A program made the translations under genes and the position numbers. A DNA stretch of 64,000 nt, taken from positions 29,571 through 93,570 of the forward strand of contig DASWHL010000050.1 in NCBI GenBank assembly GCA_036398175.1, read 5' to 3'. The notes under the pieces are model-generated. The model saw only the letters and a program-made list of their open reading frames with translations, was not told where the DNA came from and did no database searches. Positions 42,776-51,634 of this stretch are shown piece after piece (positions within the stretch are counted from its first letter, which is position 1; the number at the start of each line of letters is the position of its first letter). Source of the stretch: Gemmatimonadales bacterium (GTDB taxonomy: Bacteria > Gemmatimonadota > Gemmatimonadetes > Gemmatimonadales > GWC2-71-9).

Positions 42776-43810
42776 GTGAGGGATGCACTGATGGACGGGC
42801 GTTTTCCAGTGGCAGCTCGTGGGGCCGGTCGGCCGGCGGGACCGGGCGACGCGGCCCTGATAGACGAGATCCAGCGGCTCAAGGCCGAGCGCGGCGCCGC
42901 CATCCTGGCGCACAACTACCAGATCCCGGCCATTCAGGATCTGGCGGACATTGTCGCCGACTCGCTCAAGCTGGCGCGGTCGGCCGTCGAGATCGCGGCG
43001 GACACGATCGTGCTGTGCGGCGTGCATTTCATGGCGGAGACGGCGGCCATCGCGAACCCCGGGAAGCGGGTGCTGATCCCGGAGCCCAAAGCCGGCTGCT
43101 CGCTCGCCGACACGATCCAGGCGCGGGACGTCCGCGCGTGGAAGGCCGAGCACCCGGACGGCCTAGTCGTGGCCTACGTGAACACGAGTGCCGAGGTGAA
43201 AGCCCAGGCCGACTACTGCTGTACGTCGGGGAACGCGGTGGCCGTGGTCCGCGCGCTCCCGCCCGACGTCCCGGTGCTGTTCCTTCCCGATTTCTTCCTG
43301 GGCAACTACGTGCGGGAGGTGACCGGCCGGAAGCTCGACGTGTGGCTAGGCGAGTGCCATGTGCACGCCGGTCTCCGGCCCTCCGTGCTCGATGAACGGA
43401 GGAAGGAGCTGCCCGACGCCGAGTTTCTCGTGCACCCCGAATGCGGCTGCACGACCAGCATGGTGTACTACCTGAACCAGGGCGGGAACGGCAACGGAAA
43501 CGGCAACGGGCACGACGAGGGCTCGATCAAGATCGTGTCCACGGAGCAGATGATGCAGGAAGCGCGGCGCTCCACCGCGCGCCGCTTCGTGGTAGCGACC
43601 GAGACCGGCGTGCTGCATCGCATGCGGAAGGAAAACCCGGGGAAGGAGTTCATCCCGGCCTCCGAAGATGCCGAGTGCCGCTACATGAAGATGATCACGC
43701 TCGAGAATCTGCGGGACTCGCTGCGGGACCTCAAGTACGAGGTGACCGTGCCCGAGGCCACCGCGGGCCGCGCGCGGCGCGCCATCGAGCGCATGCTCGC
43801 CATTGGTTGA
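42776..43810 (+). CDS. nadA: quinolinate synthase
   Basis: ILAHNYQIPAIQDLAD, VHFMAETA, YVNTSAEVKA, VHPECGC. The start is either GTG 42776 or ATG 42791. Contains a GGNGNGNGNGH insertion. Confidence 0.92.
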   Translation: MRDALMDGRFPVAARGAGRPAGPGDAALIDEIQRLKAERGAAILAHNYQIPAIQDLADIVADSLKLARSAVEIAADTIVLCGVHFMAETAAIANPGKRVLIPEPKAGCSLADTIQARDVRAWKAEHPDGLVVAYVNTSAEVKAQADYCCTSGNAVAVVRALPPDVPVLFLPDFFLGNYVREVTGRKLDVWLGECHVHAGLRPSVLDERRKELPDAEFLVHPECGCTTSMVYYLNQGGNGNGNGNGHDEGSIKIVSTEQMMQEARRSTARRFVVATETGVLHRMRKENPGKEFIPASEDAECRYMKMITLENLRDSLRDLKYEVTVPEATAGRARRAIERMLAIG

Positions 43811-44636
43811 GCCGCTGGGCTTCGAGGCGGTCCGGGCGGCGTTGGCCGAGGATCGCGTCCGCGACGACGTGACCACGGCCCTCATCGGCGCCGGCGCGGA
43901 TCGGTCGGCGGTCGGCACCTTCATTGCGGAAGAACCATGTGTGGTGGCCGGACTCCCGGTGGCGGCGGAGGTCTTCCGGCAGCTGGGCGTCCGCGATGCG
44001 CTGGTGCCGCTCGTCGAGGAGGGCGCCGGCGCCGGGCCCGGGCAGCCCATTGCCGAGGTGCGCGGCCCCGCCCGGCAGCTCCTGGCCGGCGAACGCACGG
44101 CCCTCAACTTCCTCCAGCGCCTGAGCGGCATCGCCACCGCCACCCGGGCCGTCGTGGACGCGGTTGCCGGAACCGGGGCTGTGGTCACGGACACCCGGAA
44201 AACCACGCCCGGCCTGCGCGAGCTGGAGAAATACGCGGTCCGCATGGGCGGCGGCACCAACCACCGGGCGCACCTCGCCGACGCGGTGCTCTGGAAGGAC
44301 AACCACTGGGCCCTGCTCGGCGGCGCCGACCTCGCGGACACGCTCACCCGCGCGCCCGCGGGCATCCCCGTCGTGGTCGAAGCCGAAACCCAGGAACAGT
44401 TTCAGGCGGCGCTCGACGCCGGGGTCACCCGGATCCTGGTGGACAACCGGACGCCCGCGCAGGTGAAGGCCTGGGTCCGTAAGGCAGGGAAGGGCGTCGC
44501 CATCGAGGCCTCGGGCGGGATCGGCCCGGACACGGCGCGGGCGTATGCCGAGGCCGGGGCGCGCTATCTCTCCATCGGCGCGCTCACGCACTCGGCGCGG
44601 GCGGTCGGGATCCGGCTGGACCTGGCCCTGGAGTAG
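43803..44636 (+). CDS. nadC: nicotinate-nucleotide diphosphorylase (carboxylating)
   Basis: TDTRKTTPGLRELEKYAVRMGGGTNHR, VVVEAET, IEASGGI. TTG start overlaps the nadA stop. Confidence 0.92.
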   Translation: MVEPLGFEAVRAALAEDRVRDDVTTALIGAGADRSAVGTFIAEEPCVVAGLPVAAEVFRQLGVRDALVPLVEEGAGAGPGQPIAEVRGPARQLLAGERTALNFLQRLSGIATATRAVVDAVAGTGAVVTDTRKTTPGLRELEKYAVRMGGGTNHRAHLADAVLWKDNHWALLGGADLADTLTRAPAGIPVVVEAETQEQFQAALDAGVTRILVDNRTPAQVKAWVRKAGKGVAIEASGGIGPDTARAYAEAGARYLSIGALTHSARAVGIRLDLALE

Positions 44637-44643
44637 TCGCGAT

Positions 44644-44669
44644 CAGTCCCGGGCTTCAGCCCGGGACTG
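44644..44669. terminator. bidirectional GC hairpin
   Basis: CAGTCCCGGGC-TTCA-GCCCGGGACTG, an 11-bp perfect stem, between convergent nadC and the cytochrome gene. Confidence 0.6.
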
Positions 44670-44692
44670 TCACCCCCCCCGCTCGCGGCGCC

Positions 44693-46369
44693 TTATGCCC
44701 GGCCCATGCTCCGCCGCACCCCCCATACCGCGCCAAGCACCGCCAGCACCATCAGCGGCCCCGTGACGAGCATGAACAGCGTCCGCGTCCGCGTCGCATC
44801 GGCGCTGCGGATGGTCGCCGCCTCGTCCCGGATGCCGGCGAGGTGGCCGAGTACATCCGCGTAGCCGTACCACCAGGCGTAGTCCGGACTCATGTGGAAC
44901 GCGCCCTTGTAGCTCTTGAGCGCGGAGAAGAAGAACATGTCGAAGTAGTCGCGCTCGATGGGCGTGACGTCGTAGTAGAGGCTCGCCGGCGAATGCTGCG
45001 CCGTGATCTGGTCCAGCTCGATGGCCGTGAACCGCGGGCCCGGGAGCAGCCCCGCCGACCGGGTGGCATGGCTGGGTCGGATCAGGCCGTCGTCGTAGAG
45101 CCCCTTCAGAATGTCCCGCGCCTCGATCACGAGCGCGTCGCCCGCCAGTTTGTGCGCGTCGGCCGACGCGAGGTAGCCGCGTGCCTTGTCCTCCGCGTGG
45201 CACACCAGGCAGACCTTGATCATCTCGTCCCGCTTGGTCTGGTTTTCGGGCGTCTGCGTGATGTCCGTAAGTTGCCCCAGCGCCGGCTGGACGCCCATGC
45301 CCCAGATGATCTTCCGGGTCATGTTGTGCGACACCGACCGCCGGTCGTTCCCGTCCACGTACACCATGTGACAGTACGCGCACGTGGGGGTCTCGTAGCG
45401 CGCGTCGGCCATGGGCGTGTTCCAGTCCCATGCGGCTCCGCGGGCCGTGTAGATGGAGCCGTGCTTGGACGACATGTACGCCTCGTAATTCGGGTGGTCC
45501 GGACCCATGTGGCAGGTGTAGCACGCCTCGGGCTTTTTGGCCTCCTCCAGACTGAAGGCGTGTCGCGTGTGGCAGGCGATGCAGCCGTTCCGGTACGTGA
45601 GCGAACTGCCGTCCACGTACTGCTGGAGGGAATCGCTCCAGTACTGATCGTCCGTCGCGCCCGCCTGCGCGTGGCACGGATCGCAACCCATCTCCATCAC
45701 TTTCCGCGGCATGTCCTTGTAGTGCGGCACGCTGATGTTCCGCTCCCAGTTTGCCCCCAGGCCGCCGGGGTCGGGCCCGTACGAGTGACCCGCGTCGAGC
45801 ACGTGCTCCTTGTAGATCTCGGCATGACACGAGGCACACACGGTCTCGGCCACCCGGCCCTTCGACGCCATGATGCGGTCGTGGTCGTTGCCGTGGCAGT
45901 CCGCACAGGTCATCGAGCGCTGGGCGTGCACGACCCGCGGGTTCTGCGTCCCGGCGCGGCCCATGGCGCTTCGCTCGTACTGCCAGACGATCGTGGGGTT
46001 GAGCCGGCGGTGGCAGTCGGCGCAGCCGGCGGGGCTCAGCTCCCCGCTCGGCAGGTCGGTGCGCAGGCGCGGCTGGGTCGTGGGGAGGCCCCGCAGGTAT
46101 CCGAGCATGCGCCCCGCCTCGGCGTCGCTCACGGCCTCCGCGGGGAACGCCGGCATGATGCCCCGCGGTGTGCGCATCTGCGCCAGGAACGCGGGGAGCG
46201 GCAGGGAAGTCCCGGCGAGCGAAGGGCCTACGCCGCCACGGGCGCTGGCGCCGTGACACCCGAGGCATCCCTTCTGGATGTACAGCGCCTCGGCGGAGGG
46301 CTGTTCCTGGCTCAGGGCCGCTCCCGGGAACACCGTAAGAACGACGAGGCAGAGGCGGACGATCATCAT
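44693..46369 (-). CDS. nine-heme c-type cytochrome: N-terminal monoheme domain + HAO-like octaheme module + C-terminal TM anchor
   Basis: Start moved to ATG 46369 (RBS GGAG, signal MMIVRLCLVVLTVFPGAALS). CXXCH x9: CLGCH, CADCH, CADCH, CASCH, CDPCH, CIACH, CYTCH, CAYCH, CLVCH. CYTCHMGPDHPNYEAYMSSKHG resembles the hydroxylamine oxidoreductase family. Tail LFMLVTGPLMVLAVLGAVWGV. Confidence 0.8.
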   Translation of the reverse strand: MMIVRLCLVVLTVFPGAALSQEQPSAEALYIQKGCLGCHGASARGGVGPSLAGTSLPLPAFLAQMRTPRGIMPAFPAEAVSDAEAGRMLGYLRGLPTTQPRLRTDLPSGELSPAGCADCHRRLNPTIVWQYERSAMGRAGTQNPRVVHAQRSMTCADCHGNDHDRIMASKGRVAETVCASCHAEIYKEHVLDAGHSYGPDPGGLGANWERNISVPHYKDMPRKVMEMGCDPCHAQAGATDDQYWSDSLQQYVDGSSLTYRNGCIACHTRHAFSLEEAKKPEACYTCHMGPDHPNYEAYMSSKHGSIYTARGAAWDWNTPMADARYETPTCAYCHMVYVDGNDRRSVSHNMTRKIIWGMGVQPALGQLTDITQTPENQTKRDEMIKVCLVCHAEDKARGYLASADAHKLAGDALVIEARDILKGLYDDGLIRPSHATRSAGLLPGPRFTAIELDQITAQHSPASLYYDVTPIERDYFDMFFFSALKSYKGAFHMSPDYAWWYGYADVLGHLAGIRDEAATIRSADATRTRTLFMLVTGPLMVLAVLGAVWGVRRSMGRA

Positions 46370-46576
46370 CGCGAGCTCCAACCGGGGGATAGCGCCCAAG
46401 CTACGGGTTCTCGAACGATCGGCAAATCGGCCGGCCGTGAATGCCGACTGTCGCGGTCGGCAATCATTCAGCGCGACTGTCGGATTGGGCCTGCGGCCCC
46501 CCCGCCCGTGACCCGCGTTTGCCCCATTGGGGATCGCGGCGTAGCCTACGATGAACCGACTGACCGGAGCGGACGC

Positions 46577-47785
46577 GTGCTCGACCACGAACGGATCTCC
46601 GCCAAACTGGGCAAGTTCCGCCCGTCCCTGACCCTTGCGCTCAAGCATCTCGTGGCCGCGCGCGTCGCGGCCGGGCTGCCTGTGCACGACTTCGGGTTGG
46701 GCGAAACGAAGGGCGACCTGGCGCCCCACGTGCGCGAAGCGGGTGAGCACGCGTTTCGGGCGGGAAAGACCATGTACGGCGATCCCGGCGGGCTGCCGGA
46801 GGTGCGCCAGGCCGTGCTCGAGTGGCTTGGGCTCCAGGCGGAGTACGGCGTGGACAACGTGGTGGTCACCGCCGGCGCCAAGCAGAGCCTGTTCAACACG
46901 TTTCTAGCCATCTGCAACCCCGCGGACGTGGTCCTGTTCGACGCGGCACCATGGGTGAGCTACCAGCCCCTGGCGGTAGCGGCGTACGCGACTCCCATCA
47001 TGGTGCTCCCCACGGCCGGGTTGGCCAACCACCTCAAGGTGACGCCCGACGACCTGCTCCGGAATCTCCGGATGCGGCCGCACGCCAAGCTCTTCCTGCT
47101 CAACAACCCGGTGAACCCCACCGCGCAGCTCTACACGGCGGACGAGGTGAACGCCCTGCTGGACGTGTGTGTCGAGCACCGGGTGTACTTCCTGCTCGAC
47201 CGCCTCTACTGGCGCATCGTGTTCGACGGCGTGCCGTTTCCGGAACCCCGCCTGGACGAGCGAACCAGGCCGTGGCTCATCCAGGTGGACGGCCTCTCCA
47301 AGAACTTCCGGCGGACGGGGGGGCTGCGCGTGGGCTGGTCCATCGGTCCCACGGACGTCACGGCGGCCATGGTGAACCTCCAGAGTCATTACACGGCGGG
47401 CCCGGCGGTGCCCACGCAGCTCGCCGCCGCCGCGGCCATTGGCGCCGAGTACGACCCCGAACTGGTCCGGGATCTCCAGGCCAAGCGGGATCTGTTGCAC
47501 CGCGAGGCGGCCGGGATGCCGCACGTGACCATCTGGCCCACGCCCGCCAGCTTCTACTCGTTCTGGGACGTGCGGCAGGCCTTCGGCCGGACGACCCCGG
47601 CGAGTGAGGTCCTCCGTACGTCGGACGACGTGGCCACCTATCTGATTCGAGAGGGCGGGGTCGTGACGGCGTCGGGTTCCGGGTTCATGCAGGATGGATA
47701 CCTGCGCCTGTCGTTCGCCACGCCGGACGAGACTATCCGCGGGGGGATGCGGGCTGCGCGGGAGGCGATGGCACGCCTGACGTAG
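46577..47785 (+). CDS. class I/II PLP-dependent aminotransferase
   Basis: GTG 46577 is in frame with the 980-aa track ORF, whose first 578 aa are antisense to the cytochrome gene. LNNPVNPT, GLSKNFRRTGGLRVGW. Confidence 0.8.
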   Translation: MLDHERISAKLGKFRPSLTLALKHLVAARVAAGLPVHDFGLGETKGDLAPHVREAGEHAFRAGKTMYGDPGGLPEVRQAVLEWLGLQAEYGVDNVVVTAGAKQSLFNTFLAICNPADVVLFDAAPWVSYQPLAVAAYATPIMVLPTAGLANHLKVTPDDLLRNLRMRPHAKLFLLNNPVNPTAQLYTADEVNALLDVCVEHRVYFLLDRLYWRIVFDGVPFPEPRLDERTRPWLIQVDGLSKNFRRTGGLRVGWSIGPTDVTAAMVNLQSHYTAGPAVPTQLAAAAAIGAEYDPELVRDLQAKRDLLHREAAGMPHVTIWPTPASFYSFWDVRQAFGRTTPASEVLRTSDDVATYLIREGGVVTASGSGFMQDGYLRLSFATPDETIRGGMRAAREAMARLT

Positions 47786-47873
47786 ACGCTCTCGGGTCCT
47801 GTGCCGATGGGCTGGTTGGGCCATGCGTTCCACTGGTTATGCGGCCTTGCCGCGCGAGCCTATGGTGTGGGGT

Positions 47874-47979
47874 GAATCCCGCTGAAGCGGGTCCTCGGCC
47901 ACGATCTGCCCGGGAAACGGGCGTGGGTTCCGTCGCCTTGGCGACAGATGGTGGCCGAGGGCCTGCTTCAGCGGGATCC
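47874..47979. repeat. REP/MITE-like palindromic element, family 2, full copy B
   Basis: GAATCCCGCTGAAGCGGGTCCTCGGCCAC ... GTCGCCTTGGCGAC ... GTGGCCGAGGGCCTGCTTCAGCGGGATCC. The arms are 25/27 complementary. Lies 30 nt upstream of the recQ ATG. Confidence 0.88.
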
Positions 47980-48009
47980 ACCACCCAACCGTGCCAACCG
48001 GATTGACAC

Positions 48010-49587
48010 ATGGCCCAACCCACACCCACCGCGGACTCGGTCCTCAAGGACGTCTTCGGCTACGAGACGTTCCGGCCGGGCCAGCGCGAGGTGATCGAGG
48101 CCGTTCTCGCGGGCCGGGACTGCATTGCCGTGATGCCCACCGGGGCGGGCAAGTCGCTCACGTTCCAGGTGCCGGCCCGGCTGCTCCCCGGAACCGTCCT
48201 CGTTCTGTCGCCCCTCATCAGCCTCATGAAAGACCAGGTGGATGCGCTGAACGCGCTGGGGTTCCGGGCCACCGCCATCAACTCGTCACTCGACCTGGAC
48301 GAGTGGCGACTGCGCGTGCGCGGGCTCGAGCGCGGGGCGTACGAGCTGGCGTACATCGCGCCGGAAGCGCTGGACGGGCGGCTGCGCGAGCGCCTGCGCG
48401 CGTGCTCCGTGTCGCTGGTCGTGGTGGACGAGGCGCACTGCATTTCCCAGTGGGGTCACGACTTCCGGCCCGCCTACCGCCGGCTCCTGGGACTGCGGGA
48501 ATCCCTGGGCAACGTGCCGGTGCTCGCGCTCACCGCCACCGCCACGCGCCGCGTGGCCCGCGACATCATCCGCCAGCTGGGCATGCGGAAACCGGCCGGG
48601 TACAAGGGATCGTTCTTCCGGCCCAACCTGCGCATTCTCTGTCGCAAGAAGGGCGAGGGCGACACGCGGCGCGAGCTGCTGGCCCTGATCCGGCGGCATG
48701 CGGGGGAGAGCGGCATCGTGTACTGCCTGGCGCGGCGCACCGTCGAGCAGACGGTGGCGTTCCTGCGACGGTCGGGGATTCGCGCGGCGCCCTATCATGC
48801 CGGCATGGAGGCCGCGGACCGCATCGCGCATCAAGAGGCGTTCGCGCGCGACGAAGTGGACGTGATCGTGGCCACGATCGCGTTCGGGATGGGGATTGAC
48901 AAGTCCAACGTGCGGTTCGTGATCCACCGCGACCTCCCCGGCGACATCGAAGCGTGGTATCAGGAAATCGGACGGGCTGGCCGCGACGGCCTGCCGAGTG
49001 AGTGCGTGCTGTTCTACTCGTGGGCGGACGTGAAGCTGCGGGAGCGGTTTCTGGACGAGATCGAGGACGCCGACCTGCGGCGGGAAAAGTGGCGGGCGTC
49101 AACGGGGCTCTACCGCCTCGTCGAGTCCGATCAATGCCGTCACCGCGCCATCCTGGCCCACTTCGACGAGCGGATCGCGCCCTGCGGGACTGCGTGCGAC
49201 CGGTGCAACGGCGTCACGGTCCGCGATCTCATTGGCGGAGTTCGCGGCGGGGCTCCGCGCGCGTCGGCGGCGAGGGAGCCGGTTCGCGCCACGCGCCAGC
49301 CCGGTTTCCGGGGGAGGGAACCCGCCGGGATGGGCGTGGCGCCGACGGATCGGTCGCCGTCCGATCCGCTGTTCCAGCGGCTGCGCGCGCTTCGGAAGCG
49401 GCTGGCGGACGCGCAGGGGGTCCCGGCGTATGTCGTGTTCGGGGATCAGGTGCTGTGGGACATGATCGAGCGGCGCCCGACGACGCGGGCCGAGTTGCTG
49501 GGCGTATCGGGCGTGGGTCCGGTGAAGGCCGAGCGGTACGGGGAGGCGTTTCTGGGCGCGTTGCGCGAGGGGGACGGGCCGGGGTGA
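48010..49587 (+). CDS. recQ: ATP-dependent DNA helicase RecQ
   Basis: [59 protein letters not shown], Zn-binding CRH..C..CDRC, HRDC-like tail. Confidence 0.93.
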   Translation: MAQPTPTADSVLKDVFGYETFRPGQREVIEAVLAGRDCIAVMPTGAGKSLTFQVPARLLPGTVLVLSPLISLMKDQVDALNALGFRATAINSSLDLDEWRLRVRGLERGAYELAYIAPEALDGRLRERLRACSVSLVVVDEAHCISQWGHDFRPAYRRLLGLRESLGNVPVLALTATATRRVARDIIRQLGMRKPAGYKGSFFRPNLRILCRKKGEGDTRRELLALIRRHAGESGIVYCLARRTVEQTVAFLRRSGIRAAPYHAGMEAADRIAHQEAFARDEVDVIVATIAFGMGIDKSNVRFVIHRDLPGDIEAWYQEIGRAGRDGLPSECVLFYSWADVKLRERFLDEIEDADLRREKWRASTGLYRLVESDQCRHRAILAHFDERIAPCGTACDRCNGVTVRDLIGGVRGGAPRASAAREPVRATRQPGFRGREPAGMGVAPTDRSPSDPLFQRLRALRKRLADAQGVPAYVVFGDQVLWDMIERRPTTRAELLGVSGVGPVKAERYGEAFLGALREGDGPG

Positions 49588-49605
49588 GCCAGGGCGGGGT
49601 TCGGA

Positions 49606-49653
49606 GGATCCCGCTGAAGCGGGCCCTCGGCCGCCGTCTGTCGCCAAGGCGAC
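49606..49653. repeat. family 2 half-element (copy C, inverted orientation)
   Basis: GGATCCCGCTGAAGCGGGCCCTCGGCCGCCGTCTGTCGCCAAGGCGAC matches the reverse complement of the right half of copy B (47929-47979). Confidence 0.8.
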
Positions 49654-49663
49654 CGCCCGTCAC

Positions 49664-49700
49664 TCCCGTCGTTCCCGTCGCTCCCGTCGCTTCCCGTCGT
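49664..49700. repeat. 9-mer array TCCCGTCG(T/C) x4
   Basis: Units at 49664, 49673, 49682 and 49692. Same word as 10309-10353. Ends at the stop codon of the acyl-CoA synthetase gene. Confidence 0.85.
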
Positions 49701-51634
49701 CAGGTAGCCCGCCGGATCGCCTCCAACGCCTCGGGATTCTGCAGGGACGTGAGGTCGCCGAGGTCGGTCTCGCGCAGGTGAACCGCCCGGACCAGCCGCC
49801 GCACGATCTTGGCGCTCCGCGTTTTCGGCAGATCGGTCACGAAGTGCACGGCCTCGGGGCGGTCAATCTTCCCCAGGCGGTCCACCACCGCCTCACGCAG
49901 CGTGTCGCGTAAGGCCTCGGTGGGCGGCACGCCCGGCTTCAACACGGCGAAGCACACGATCGTCTCGCCCTTGATCTCGTGCGGCACGCCGATGGCCGCG
50001 GCTTCGCTCACCGTTCCCGTCGCGATGAGGGCGCCCTCGACCTCGGCGGGGCCGATCCGCCGGCCCGCCACCTTGAGCGTGTCGTCCGCGCGCCCCTGGA
50101 GAAACCAGAACCCGTCGTCGTCCACGAGCGCCCAGTCCCCGTGGTTCCACACGTCGGGCCAGGCGGACCAGTAGCTCTCCAGGTAGCGCTCGGGATCGTT
50201 CCAGAGACCCCGCGTCATTGACGGCACGGGCTGCGTGCAGACGAGGTAGCCGACCTCGCCGCGCACGGGTTGGCCACCCTGATTCCACACGTCCACCGCC
50301 ATCCCCAGCCCGGGTCCGCCGAGCGTGGTGGGCTTGAGGGGCTGCACGGGCAGGGGGCTCAGGAACCCGCCGATGAGGTCGGTCCCGCCCGAGATGTTGA
50401 TGATCGGACAGCGGCGGCCGCCCACCCGCTCGAAGTACCAGGTCCATGACGTTTCGTCCCATGGCTCGCCGGTGGAACCCAGGATGCGGAGCGCGGACAG
50501 ATCGCAGGCCGCGGCGGGATCCACGCCCGCGCGGATGGCCATGCGGACCGCGGTGGGGGAGACGCCGAATACCGAGACGCGGTGCCGCGCGAGCAGGGAC
50601 CAGAGCCGCGTGGGGTCCGGCCAGTCGAACGCACCGTCGTAGAGCACCACCGTGGCCCCGTGGAACAGCCCGCCGATCAGCGCCCACGGACCCATCATCC
50701 ACCCGATGTCGGTGAGCCAGAAGAAGCTGTCGTCGGGCTTCAGGTCGAACTGGTATCCGACCTCCTTGGCGATCTGGACCAGCGAGCCGGCGTGGCTGTG
50801 CACCGTCCCCTTGGGGCGACCGGTGGTGCCGGAGGTGTACAGGATCAGGGCCGGCGCCATGGAGGGCAGGGAAGTGGTGGTCGAGTCGTCCCCGGCTGCC
50901 AGAAACGTCTCCCACTCGATGTCCCGGGCGTCGTCCCACGGAAGATCCCGGGCGCCGTCCGTCACCACGACCACGCGCTCGACGCCGGGCACCGCGGCCA
51001 CCGCGGCGTCGGTGTTGCGCTTGATGGCGACGGGCTCGCCCCGTCGCCGGCCGCGCCCGGCCGTGAACACCACGCGCACGCCGGCGTGGCGGAACCGCTC
51101 GGCGATGGCGGCCGGGGCGTACCCGGAGAAGATGGGGACGAACACCGCGCCCACCTGGAACGCCGCGAACATTTGCACGACGACGTCCACCGTCATGGGC
51201 ATGCAGGCGCCCACGCGGTCGCCGGGCCGGATGCCGAGCGCCCGGAGACCGGCCGCGCAGCGATCCACGGCGAGCGTGAGCTGGGCGTACGTGAGCGTCC
51301 GGATCCGGCCGTTCTCGGTCTCGCCCACGAGGGCCGGCTGCCGCTCGCGCTCGGTGCCCAGGTGCCGGTGCAGGCAGTTGGCAGTGAGGTTGAGCGTGCC
51401 GCCCACGTACCAGTCGGTCCACGGGATCCCGCGCGACGTGTCGCGCACCGTGTGGTACGGCTCCGTGAACGCGATGCCGAGGTCGCGCACGACCGCGTCC
51501 CAGAACCACGCGGGTTCCTCCACGGAGCGTCGGTGCAGGGCCTCGACCGACGGGAGTCCGTGGGCGCGCATCAGGCGCGTGACGTTGGCGTGCTCCACGA
51601 GCCCGGCTGGGGGACGCCAGACGATGCCGGCCAT
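49700..51634 (-). CDS. AMP-forming acyl-CoA synthetase, acetyl-CoA synthetase-like
   Basis: 644 aa; EEPAWFWD..., YTSGTTGRPKG, GDWALVDDDGFWFLQGRADDTLKVAGRRIGPAEVE, PKTRSAKIVRR. Confidence 0.85.
   Translation of the reverse strand: MAGIVWRPPAGLVEHANVTRLMRAHGLPSVEALHRRSVEEPAWFWDAVVRDLGIAFTEPYHTVRDTSRGIPWTDWYVGGTLNLTANCLHRHLGTERERQPALVGETENGRIRTLTYAQLTLAVDRCAAGLRALGIRPGDRVGACMPMTVDVVVQMFAAFQVGAVFVPIFSGYAPAAIAERFRHAGVRVVFTAGRGRRRGEPVAIKRNTDAAVAAVPGVERVVVVTDGARDLPWDDARDIEWETFLAAGDDSTTTSLPSMAPALILYTSGTTGRPKGTVHSHAGSLVQIAKEVGYQFDLKPDDSFFWLTDIGWMMGPWALIGGLFHGATVVLYDGAFDWPDPTRLWSLLARHRVSVFGVSPTAVRMAIRAGVDPAAACDLSALRILGSTGEPWDETSWTWYFERVGGRRCPIINISGGTDLIGGFLSPLPVQPLKPTTLGGPGLGMAVDVWNQGGQPVRGEVGYLVCTQPVPSMTRGLWNDPERYLESYWSAWPDVWNHGDWALVDDDGFWFLQGRADDTLKVAGRRIGPAEVEGALIATGTVSEAAAIGVPHEIKGETIVCFAVLKPGVPPTEALRDTLREAVVDRLGKIDRPEAVHFVTDLPKTRSAKIVRRLVRAVHLRETDLGDLTSLQNPEALEAIRRAT

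Noticed and set aside
42696-42790. NAD+ class I riboswitch (nadA motif) in the nadA leader. The hairpin GCGACCACCCCACGGGGCGGTCGC contains ACCACCCC and follows an AT-rich TTGTATCTTTAAAATC stretch.
   Set aside because: As I recall it, the conserved bulge is ACANCCCC in two tandem domains. Here the word does not match, the CCCC pairs directly in a short hairpin, and I see no second domain. It could still be a regulatory hairpin. An Rfam nadA covariance-model search would settle it.
44693-46369. Calling the multiheme protein a bona fide hydroxylamine oxidoreductase (hao).
   Set aside because: The family resemblance rests on motif recall only. The diagnostic cross-linking Tyr and the partner genes cannot be confirmed from the sequence alone, so it is reported only as HAO-like.
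42598-49653. Family 1 and family 2 palindromic elements as autonomous insertion sequences.
   Set aside because: They are about 50-165 bp with no coding capacity, and no transposase or RAYT gene lies in the window. At most they are non-autonomous REP/MITE-like elements.
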